Positions 1 through 10,850 of a stretch of 64,000 bases of DNA are shown in pieces. The notes beneath the pieces are model-generated. The model did no database searches and was not told the DNA's origin. It worked only from the letters and a program-made list of their open reading frames with translations. Origin of the DNA: Sphagnum compactum (taxonomy: Eukaryota); the NCBI GenBank assembly GCA_965153455.1, contig OZ234493.1, positions 6,996,213 to 7,060,212 of the forward strand, read 5' to 3'. The position numbers and the translations under genes are program-made. Position 1 is the first letter of the stretch. Each line of letters opens with the position of its first letter.

Positions 1-1755
1 CTTTTTTTAATTGATAATGACTATCTAAGAAGAATGCTAGAGTCTCTATGTTAGGATTGAGCGCTCTTAATTCCAATTAACTTCTACTACATAATGGAGT
101 TTGGAGATTAGCTAGGTCTAATGTAGAAACATGAATAAAATAGAAGGTTTAGGATGGAGATGAGGAAATTTAATAAGGGGCTTATGAACTTGTATGAATT
201 AGTTTCTCAAGCTTGGCATTTTGGGGATATGGGGTGGAAATTTTGGGAATGTGTAGATGGGAAATGAGATCCAAAGCTACGAACTCCCATATGGGATATG
301 TTTCACCACTTTTGTAACTTTTGGAAAGGGGACATTCTTTAATGGTTATAGGTGATTGAACATTTCTTGTTTAAACTTTGTTTTAGTGAGGTCTATTGGG
401 AAATTTAAAGTTGTGGGGAAATGGGGGTGGCTTGCACATGAGCACAGAGCCTTAATTGAATGACATCCACATGCATGGATGTATTTTTCCATGGATGAAA
501 GATTTGAATTGGATGAATGTTATTACACATGGATGAATGATATTCACTTGAATGGATGAATTTTGTAGCCCAAAAACATGGACGACATTTGTCGGGAGGT
601 GGAAAATCATGGGTTTTAAAATAAAAAAAGAATTTGTCCATGTATACATAACTTACCCTTTATTGAATTCTATACACAAAATTTTCTTTTATTCCCTACC
701 CACTTACATAGAAATGAATAAGCAAAATAACATTATGTGCACCATTTCATGTCCGTGGTCTACATTCATTTGAAATGGCACATTATTTGTTCAAGACTGG
801 GTTGAAATTGAGGGCCAAACTTTCTCTTGTAGACCAAAATGTTGTACATTTGTGATTCAAAGTTCACCCCATTGTGGGAATAATGTGCATGATTAAAATG
901 ATTGGGCATGACAACATTTTTTATTTAAATGGGAACGTTAATAAAAACACACCTCAAAGTGGAACTGTGATGTGATTCCACTAATTATGAAGCCAACAAA
1001 ACATCCAAATTGATGTGTCAATAAGTATACAATTGGTAGCACACTTGACAAGAAAACCTAAATGATAGTAGCACAATATTATTTTGTAACTTCAAGCTAT
1101 GAAACACTCCAACTTTGTTAAATCGACAATTGATGTTCTAGAAGGAAATGTTAATTGATGTTATGTTTCATGTTTATTTGAATGCAATGTGAAATTTGTA
1201 TGTGAAAACCAATTTCCATCGTAACAAACAAAAGTAATGAAGTTGGGAACAAGAAGTTCAAATTGAAATAAGTTGTGTGATAACATTTGAAAGTCAAACT
1301 ATTCCAAGGGCAAAGAAAACAATATATTTTCAACCTTCTAATGGAAAGGAAAAAGCAAAATCCGACAACCCATTGGACATTAAAGAATCATAAGTTTAGT
1401 TTCCCCTATCATCTGAATCAATACTACAAGTAGAATCCAAGGCTTCGTCATATGTATTGGAAAACCAACACCATGCAAAGGAGAACTAGCAGGGAAGGAG
1501 GAAGGTGAAAGCAAAGCAACATAAACAACAAAAAAAACTTTTACATAAATTGGAAGCGAAGGGCTACTGGAAGCACTACGAAAAAAACCATGTTGAATAT
1601 GAAAATATTATCATATTTCTCATGGTGGCTTCATATTGTTGCACACAAAAAAACCATGAAAATTAGAATACATATTGTTTAATATTGAATGTATGACAAG
1701 GTTTGGAATTCATAATGCACTTACTTATAGAAAAGTATTTAAGGACCTTGGTTTT

Positions 1756-3750
1756 TTATAGGGCCAATGTCATTGTCATCCAAAACGTGGGATCTGGGTC
1801 ACCATGTTGTTCATCGAATCCATCATTTAGACATTCATTAGCCAATGGCTTGACAACATTGTCAAAAATATCCTTGTCTTCTTCCAATGTAAGAACATGT
1901 TTGCTCTCATTGCAACATGTGTCATGGGTGCCAATGGCATGGAGTTCATTCATTTGAATGGTCATCCATGTACCTAACTTTTAGGTTAGTTTTAATTAAC
2001 TTCCAATTAAGTTTTAATTCATTTTCACTTAACTCATAGTTCACTTTCAGTTGACTTTTAGTTCATTTCTATTTGATTCTTAGTTGATTCTAATTAAGTC
2101 TTAGTTAAATTCTAATTAAACCAAAATTACCTCCTAATTAACTCCAAGTCAATTTCGAATTAAGTCCTAGTTAACTCATAATTAACTCCCAATGAAGTCT
2201 TGTTCAACTAGGAGTTAACTCCCAATTAACTCTTCGTTAAATCTTAGTTAACTTTCAATTAAATTTCAGTTAATTCACAATTGACTCTTAGTTAAGAAGG
2301 TTTTCAAAAAGCTTATTTACTCAATGCACACAAGGAAACTTCTTTGGAAGCTTCCTTAAACTAAGTCCCCAAAGGTGTATAAATAGAAGTAGGACCCCTC
2401 ATTTTTTTCATTTTATTCAACACCAATCTTAAACACAATCTTGCACCATAACCTTGTCATGTTCTTTTCATGTTCATGTTCGCATATGTTAGCATAATAA
2501 AGATCTATTTTTGTGTTTGTCATACACATCTCGTATTCCTATTTTTAGTTTTTGTGTTCTTGTTTTTAAATGGCATAATCTTGTTTTGTTCCTTGTTAAA
2601 AATTCGATTTAAACCTTTTCGTTAACAATTGTTCTATAAATATTCGTGTCTTTGACAACATGTTTGAATAGATGTTCCTATCACCAAAGGAAAATTAAGT
2701 CATGGTAAAAACGTTTGCAAGCAATGATTAAAAGGATAATCTCAATTAAACATGGAAACATACCTATACTCATAGTCAAATCCACCATAATGTTTCTAGA
2801 AACACAACAAGCCCGAAAGAAGGCACATATTAGGACAAAGTCCTTCTCTCTTGTTGCACGCCATGGAACACCATTACTTCGAAGAAGTTGGCTGTGCTTA
2901 TGAACATTATTCATCAAAACATCATCTATGGTGACATCTAACCCAAAGAAGGATAGTTTCTCATCCTTCTTGAGTTTAAAGTCTTTTGGTTGTCTTGGCA
3001 ATTTTTTGCTTGAGGAGTACGAACACACAAGCAACATGGCCCTACTCATCATAGTTTGAGAAACATAATAACAAATTGTACAAGTCACTAAATGTGGAAA
3101 TGAAACTAAGGAATACAGTTTATTGATAGAAAAATGTTGAAGTTAACACAAGGTCCTAACACTTTGCAATAAAAAAACTTTGAAGCATCTTGGATTGAAA
3201 ATTCAAATTATAATTGAAGGCAACACAAGAATTAGAGGAATTAAACATACCATGTTCAAAGGATTTCTAGGATTAGGGAGCTTGAGACTTGTGTTAACCA
3301 CCCACCATTTTTTATGAATTTTGGAATTATTACTTGAAAGGTATCCCATGATGTCCTTAAGGACACTTGGATCATCTGGATAGAAGATGAGAAAAACATT
3401 GTTATCATCCAAGAAATAGTTGCAAAATGAGAATAAAACATTGAGAAATTTTGGATTTCTCTCATTCCAAGGGGGGATAAAGTTCAAAAAAATATAAAGA
3501 CCTTGAATAGGTAGTCCCTCTAAAAGGTCTACAAACACCAAATCAACCACACCTCCCATGTGATGTATACCTTTCAAGTAACGATGTAGTGAACACTTGT
3601 TTGCAAACATGAAACACACACACACACAAAACAAAGATTTAAAATTGAAATTGTTGTCTAAAGGAAAGTAAAACAATGCCTAGGTTGAAAAATGCCTAGG
3701 TTGAATTAATCACACACCTCCCCAATGAAAATTTAAAACTCATCTAGAAC
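1756..3750 (-). pseudogene. Spliced beta-class DNA amino-methyltransferase-like (N6_N4_Mtase family) gene, disrupted. Exons on minus: ...-3718, 3595-3251, 3055-2764, 2677-2658 plus 1914-~1756; the last exon is split by a solo LTR
   Basis: Joined translation: ..IFIGE|CSLHRYLKGIHHMGGVVDLVFVDLLEGLP..NPLNM|TMMSRAML..GVPWRATREKDFVLICAFFRACCVSRNIMVDLTMSIG(phase-1 intron inside this Gly codon)TSIQTC[LTR]CNESKHVLTLEEDKDIFDNVVKPL. The order is motif IV (VDLVFVDLLE ~ VDLIxxDPPY), then motif X (EK..L), motif I (VDLTMSIGTS ~ LDPFxGSGTT) and motif II (HVLTLEED ~ RxxIGxE), which is the beta permutation. GT donors at 3717, 3250 and 2763; AG acceptors at 3596 and 2678; the acceptor before 3055 is mutated (CAA). 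Intron phases are consistent. Confidence 0.72.
1920..2657 (+). mobile_element. Solo LTR (738 bp) inserted in the last methyltransferase exon
   Basis: Begins TGTCA (1920) and ends TGACA (2657), a perfect terminal inverted repeat. Flanked by identical ACATG at 1915-1919 and 2658-2662. TATAAATA at 2378-2385. Internal degenerate short TTAACTC-type repeats at about 1975-2295. No internal coding region. Confidence 0.88.
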
Positions 3751-4649
3751 CAGTGGCCACTCTCTTATTTTCATCTTCGTGTCGACCATGGATGTGAAGG
3801 AAGCATTAAAAAAGAAATTCACATCATGAACTTGAGGGTGGGAGGTGAAATGGTCACCATTGGGTGGGTGAAACTAACGAGTATTGAAGAGGCCAAAACT
3901 GTGTGACACATGGAAGGATGCAATGTGCTGAACGTTGAACTTGTGGTTTGATTTTGTACCCTCTTTCTTACAACAATCAACTAGTTCAAAAATTTCAAAA
4001 TCATCATCATTTCTTGGTGCCAAAAACGATTGTCCCACTAAAGCCCCAAGCTTGCATTTTTTTCTTTATATGAATGTTTAATCCATAAGCTTCAATAACA
4101 ATAAAAGACTTATTTTTGTATGTTTTTTTTGTACAACAACCACTTCCTCAGTAGGTTCTTCCAATATGAAACTTGGTTCCAATTGTTCACAAAGGGACAT
4201 CTCTTCAAATGGAATCTTACATTTTGGGCAATCAAGGTATCACCCACATTGTGAAAGGTGGTGAAAATTCCAATCAATCATGATCTCTTTATTGTACGTA
4301 ATAATTGAGGAATTTGGATTTGCCCTTTGAAAAAAAAATTTGGGCATTTGAGAACTGGCAAGGAATAGAAAAAAATTCAAGTATCTATAAAAAAACAAGG
4401 AAAACAACACATTACATTGATTGGAAAAAAACTGTATTGAAACAAAGAGACCTTGAATGTTGAAACAAAAAACCAACACTCAACAAATGAATTTGAATGG
4501 AAACCTCTTCCAATAATACAATAATATCGATGGAAAACAATTTTGGTTCTACTGTGAATATATAATTTCCTTCTCATCATCTACAATTCCATGTTGGAAA
4601 TTGTAACACACTAACATTTCCGGTTGTTTAGTGTCACCTCTAAGTGTTT

Positions 4650-7600
4650 GGTCACAATAATTGTTCTAATTATACCATTATTTTGGATATTTACCAAGTT
4701 GTTTCCCGAGTCTTGTGAAATTTTGACATCTCACAACCATGGTCTACCCACAATACTACAAAATGTGGGTGCAATTTATTAGCCCCCATTCACTAAACTA
4801 TTGAATTGATTACATCCCCACTAAGTCCCGTTCATTAAGACCAATGAATTCATTCAAAATCTACTGAAATCATTCGGCGTTTAGGGACACCTTTTGTTGT
4901 AATGCCAACAAACATTGAGTAGTTGGCATGCACTACATTGTTCTATAATATGGTAAAGTCATTACATATGGTATCCCATGCATTAAAATCTTCGTGTTAT
5001 GGATTAAACCTATTGGTTAATAGTGGTGTGATGAACCATCATCAGGTTGTAAAGCGTAGGTTTGGGTTTTGGTAACCTTAACTTATTGCAAAATTGTTTT
5101 ATAATAATGTTAATTCCAAATTCACCATCTAATAAAACGTCCTTGATGGTGTTTTTACCCACATGTACCTATATCACTACCATGTGATTGTCTATTTCTA
5201 CTATAACAATACTTGTTTCCATTACCATTCCCTTAATTCTAATACCTATATTCTCCAAAATTGGTTTTGGCAATATTATGTTTTTAACAAATTTCATCTT
5301 TTGCCACAATTACCATTTTAGATTATTTTCAATAGTTGCCCCAAGTCCATATTAGGTAATTTAGCCCAAGTAATGTTTCAATTCGTTGGAGATACCAATT
5401 TGTCACCTTTAGGGTTAGCTACATGTAGCTATTGGATCATTTTTTTCATCTTCTCTTCTTCAATCCAATTTGTAGTAGTCTTGTTTTTAGTGATTTTCTT
5501 TCCTTAAACATTTGTTCCACATTGTTCTAACTTTTGGTTGCCACTACAACCGTGTTGACCAAAATGATTATTGTTTTTTTCCTTGATGTCGTTGAAGTTT
5601 TTGCTAATTTGGCATTCTTGTTTAAAACATCTTCTACATTTTAACAAATCAAGGACACTCCACATCATCTTATGCCCCACCAAACCACACATGTGACAAG
5701 GAAACCACATAAGTTTAACATTTTTGTTATTATGAGTTGTTACCTTAAAAATACTTGCAATTAACTCCACCTTCTTATTCCAATAGATCTTTATTGTGTG
5801 GTTTGTAAAAAACAAGTTTCTTTTACCATCACCTATTGCTAATGTGGTCATTGTGGTAGATGTTAATTTCAAAATAATCATTTTATTATAGTTTTTTACT
5901 TCAGTCATGTCCTCCTCACACATCATTGCAACAATTTTTGTGTTCTTATAAAGTAGTTGTCTACATACTTGTTGAAGTTATCTTTAGGTAAGGTTGAAGT
6001 TTGAACCTAAACACTACAATTAAAAAATTATCAATTGTCTTTGTTTGCATAATACTAACCAATTTCATCAATTACTCATAATAAACCTCCACTTTTTCCA
6101 TGTGGTCTTGTTTGAATGCCTTCAACTATAGGTATACCTATTCATTGTTCTTGGCATATTTGAACCATTTGTAAAATGCATGTTCCAATTTTGCAAAAAT
6201 GTAAGTGGAATGCTTTACAAAGAAGTTTTGATTCCATTTTGAGATTGTGTCACATAAAATGAGTATGAACATGTTAATAATGTTTTCATTTTTCATTTCA
6301 CCATTTGTTCGTATTGTTGCTTTGAACATTCATACATGAGCACTAAAATATATACCTTTGATGTATGGTGGGTAAGGAAATTGTGTCATGGCATGTTGCC
6401 TCTTAGCCTTTGCCGATGTAACATTTCTTGTCATTGGTATTATCCATGCACACATTGTAGGATTACTCCCCATAGGCTTAGATACTACTTAATGTGTGAG
6501 TACATGTGTAATTGGTTGACCACTATTGGTTTAAATATAACCAAGCCCTATTCTAGGTATGGTTATTGTTACACTAACTAGGAACAACCCCGTTCCAAAT
6601 TGGTACAAACATCATACATGGATACATGATAGGTATCCATGCGATACATTAGACATTTTGATGCAAAGCTCCAAAATCCTTACCTAATTTTAGTGTCCTT
6701 TCAACACCACTTGGATTAGGATTGAACATTTGTTTATGTGCATCCTCAATAGCCATCACCATTGATACTTAACTAAATACCAATTATGCCTACAATGGAA
6801 CTTTTCACATTAGTATTTTAAAACTTTTGACTGCACACTTCAATCTAGTTCCTAACCTACTTACTTCATTGGTTTGAGTATTCCATATGATGTGCAAGAT
6901 CTAGTACCTATATTGATCAGGTTGTGGGTGTATCAAGTTTGAAAGTATTAGTTTTAGTTTCACCGGTTCTTGTGCGAAAACAATTGGTTTGCATCCACAT
7001 GTGTTGTAACAAAGGTTGGATACACAACCTCCTTAAGTTGAAAAATTTGTTGAAGGCCCAATACTTCACCAATTGTATTAATTTTGTTATTATTATTATT
7101 AATGGTTCATCATGCATGATCGTTTGATTGGTAAATTGTTCCATTAGGTTGTTCGTTATCATCTGTTGTAAATCATCTTACATGAATGGGCATATTCATA
7201 AAAAGATGTCCCATTTGCTTGCAGAAGGTACATCATTCTTGATTAGCTGCTATAACTAGTCTTGGAGTAAACCTTGGTTGGAACCTTTTTGGAAAGCTGG
7301 TTATAAACACAATTTTAGGAGTTTGATATAAAATCTTGGATTGTTGAAACAAGCATGAGGAGTAATTAGCACTTTTGCCACTGGGCTTAACTCTCCTTGT
7401 GATAATTGTAATGGTTGAACAATCATTTATGTTGACCCAATTAGTGGCTATTGCATAGTCTTTCCAATTGATCCATTGGATATGTTTTAGTGTTAATAAC
7501 ATCAACCTTTGGCACACCTACCACCATCTTTGCATAAGCTAGTTCATCTTCGTTCACTAAGTACCATTGAACATGTGGTTCACCTTGAAAATATTCCAAA

Positions 7601-7700
7601 TTACCAACTAGTTGAGAAAGAACCCTCTTCCTCATTGTTTCACATCATTTGTTTATGTAGTTTTTGAAAGATGTGTGGTTGAAGTGGTTGCCTATGTGTG
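4650..7700 (-). mobile_element. Decayed, truncated Ty3/Gypsy-type LTR retrotransposon internal region (gag, zinc knuckle, aspartic protease)
   Basis: Minus-strand fragments: FKATIRTNGEMKNENIINMF..LEHAFYKWF (retrotransposon gag-like, 6138-6329); CHMCGLVGH zinc knuckle (about 5680-5705); VHVGKNTIKDVLLDGEFGINII protease-like segment (about 5100-5170); a second CTFCKQMGH at about 7210-7235. Many stops and frameshifts. No RT or integrase seen. Boundaries approximate. Confidence 0.7.
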
Positions 7701-7869
7701 TCCAAATGTTTTGTTTACCTCCAAAAAAATAATTTCATAACAAGTTTTGCTTGAGTTGTTGGAAAAAACAAAAAAATGTATATTCTACTAACAATTGCAA
7801 GTTCTAATTTACGGATCAGGTAATCAATTTGGGTTTAGGGTTTGGGCTTTGAACCTTGATTTATGGACC

Positions 7870-9500
7870 CCAAAAGGGGTTCGTGACATTTTTACACTTG
7901 TGATTAACTTTTTTGGGGATTAATTAACAACCAAAGCATATTGTGATTGAATTTTTTTGAAATTACAATAATTACATGGCACTATTTGGGCAGAAACTTA
8001 ACTTAGTTGTTAGAACAATATGATTTGAGGAAGAAAATCATCGCTTATGTGAAAAATGAAGGATTGAATCTAAACATTATGATTGTTACATTGAAATTGG
8101 TTGTAAATTGCAAAATATTAAGATTGAAGGAAATTTTTAGTATAATTGTTTTGGCCACACATTTTCTAAAGCATGTTAATGTGCAACAATTAAATAAAAA
8201 GTTTTCAAAGGTTTGAAATATGTATCTATCAACTCTTCATATAGGGTTATAAAGTGTATAATTTGGCTTAAGAAAATTGGGGAAATGAAACAAGAATGGA
8301 ATATAACATGTGTTGATCACAATCTTTGCCCAAGAAAACTTAGTACCTTAGTGATGACAAGGTAGTTCTCAAATTTCAACTGGAAAAAAACTTTTTCGAA
8401 TTTCTTCTTGTCTTCACAAAGGTCTTTCATTAAGATATTTTTTTGGGTTTGATTTATTTATAAAAAATAATATTGTCTAACATATTGGTTTTTTGGGGTT
8501 TTCTTTTTAACAAAATCATAATATTTTGGGAAGTTAATTTGCAATTCCAAGGTGTTGTTGTTGTTGTGTTATAATAAACAAAATGTTGTCAAAATGATTG
8601 GTCAAGTGCCACCTCCATGGACGGCACATTTCCCAAAGTATTTAAAATCATTTTTTATGTTGTATTTACTTGTATTTTGAACAAATCTTGGGGTCATTCA
8701 TTGTTAAGTGATGCATTACATTTTATCATATCCATGAGCTTCAAATTGAGGGAAGAAATTGAATTTTCAACTTCCTTTGTTAAGCTAATGAAAGAGGATT
8801 CAATTGTTGTCTCAAAGTAAGCTTGTTTAACTTCCAACAACAAGAAAAAAATTTGTGATGGTTTAGATTTTTACTTTCTTTTTTGAGGAAAAATGAAGAT
8901 AAAAATGATCATAATATATTGTTCTTCGATGTTTAATCCTAGGTCTAATAACCTTCATATAATATCCTCATTTATTGGTCATGAGAAAGTGTGACCATTG
9001 TTGAAAAACATGATAAAAAATCTTTATATCATGTGTTTTTGAAATGTCATCATTGGTTTTACCCTTCAATTAAATTTGAAATCACCATTCTTGACCAAGG
9101 GGTTGATGAAGATTGCAATATGGATATATTTGAAATGACAACTAACATTAATGAGTTAATAAGGGAATTTGTCAACATAGAGTTTTTGATTTTCAAATGG
9201 TAACAATGGTGAGCAAAACATGAGACAATGTTTCATATTGTTCATCAAATCTTAAGGATTGTTGGATCACAAATTTAAACCAAAAGGATTTTTTTAATAG
9301 TTAGAATACTTACTAATTTAAGGAGGTGTCATTTACAATTAAAAATTTTAATTTTAAAAAAATTTGTGAACAAAAATTGGCCAAATAACCTTAGGATTGG
9401 TTGTAAATCCCCTTTTAGTTTAGTAGAATTATTTAAAATTTATGAAAATTTATGAAAGGAATTAAAGTTCGAAAAAACCTTTGAGAAGGACAAACTTATG
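7870..9500 (+). mobile_element. Decayed hAT-superfamily transposase remnant
   Basis: LEQYDLRKKIIAYVKNEGLNLNIM (8007-). C-terminal HQILRIVGSQI*TKRIFLIVRILTNLRRCHLQL..VNKNWPN (about 9240-9390) resembles the hAT dimerisation motif (S..ERxFS..G.....RR..L). Heavily interrupted. Confidence 0.65.
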
Positions 9501-10419
9501 GATATATAAAATTTTGGGTAAAAAAAGTTGTTACAAACTTGTCACAAAAATTTAATTATAATATTTTCTCAAATGTTTATTTTGAAGTGCAAAAAATCAT
9601 TTGCATGATTCAAAATGGCGTGGATTTGAGAAAAGTCGCCACTATCATCCCTATAATATACTTTGTAAATGGTGACAAGGATCACATTGAAATAGGAAAA
9701 AAATTCAAGATTCTCAAATAGGAGTCTTGAAAATTCCCAAACATGCCAAGTTGGGCAGTCTTGTCCTCAGGTGGTATCATTAGGAATGTCACACCTTGAT
9801 TTTCCTACACCCATTGAACATTGAAAAATCATAGGAAACATTTAAATGAATATTTTCATAATTTTTAAAAAATACATTTATTAGGTTCCATAGATTTTGA
9901 AATTTCAACAATATCAAGAATAATGTGTATTTTAATGTTCCTAATCATTGCATTTAGAAAAAAAAAAGAAGGAACATAATGCTTGTTTTTTCCTTTAACT
10001 TTTTGGTTAGGAACACAAATTTGGAACATGATTTATGAATTTTTTTAATGATTTCTTTTCCTAAGTCAATTTAAAAATCATTTTAATTTTATTTTTTATT
10101 TGGAAATTAATTGCTTAAATCATTTAGTTATGAATTTCCAAAGTGAGATTGTTGATTTTTTAAGGGGCCATTTTAATTAGGAATATATATATTTTAAGTT
10201 TTCCAATTTTTAATTCCCAATTAAACTTCAAGCCATATATCAAAGCATGGAATCGATAAACATGAAAAAATAATAATTTATAAGTGTGAAAACATTTAAC
10301 GAAAAGGGCCTAGAAAAATGATTTGGTTATTTTTTATTCCTTAACCATTCCTTAAGGTGGTTCCTAGTGGTCCCACCCAATGATGGGTTCGCCTAATTAT
10401 GAATCTTACTATTTTATGA

Positions 10420-10850
10420 GTTCATAACTCTCACATATGAATTTTAATTTGAAAGCAAAGTTGTAAGCTTTGAAAAGAACTTTTAAACTCCATATCACAT
10501 GTTTCAATTAGAGGTGTTTTGACCATTTTGTCAAACATTTAAATGGTCAAGAGTCAAAAAATTAATTTGACTTCCAACCATTTTTTGGTTCATAACTTGT
10601 GTTTTAAACCTGTAAATGGGGAATGTGACCTCAACTTAAATAAATAGTTTTCAAAACCTTTCTATTTCACTCCAAATAGTTTTCAATTTGAATAAGGTTT
10701 AGTCCCCTAAACCGTGTCCCAAAAATTTGGGACCATGAGAATCCACTTGGGAATGTTGATATTCACCTTCTTTCATTTGTGGGAGTGTGTTTAAATCTCC
10801 TAACAATCTCTTATGTTTTTCTCCTTGTCATGCCTTAACCTTGGTGACAA
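10420..10850 (-). mobile_element. Old, degenerate LTR fragment related to the 58902-59718 solo LTR
   Basis: The reverse complement keeps colinear blocks of the young LTR (CACACTCCCA, CAAGTTATG..CAAAA..GG..GG.AGTCAAATT, TTTGACTC..GACCA, TACAACTTTG) but has lost most CpG/CCGG. Similar fragments at about 23480-23810 (-) and 42910-43130 (+). Confidence 0.55.

Noticed and set aside
760-1500. Plus-strand coding-like traces (KWHII..KCCT) convergent with the methyltransferase, a possible partner transposase
   Set aside because: Too degraded to assign a family or link it to the MTase by eye.
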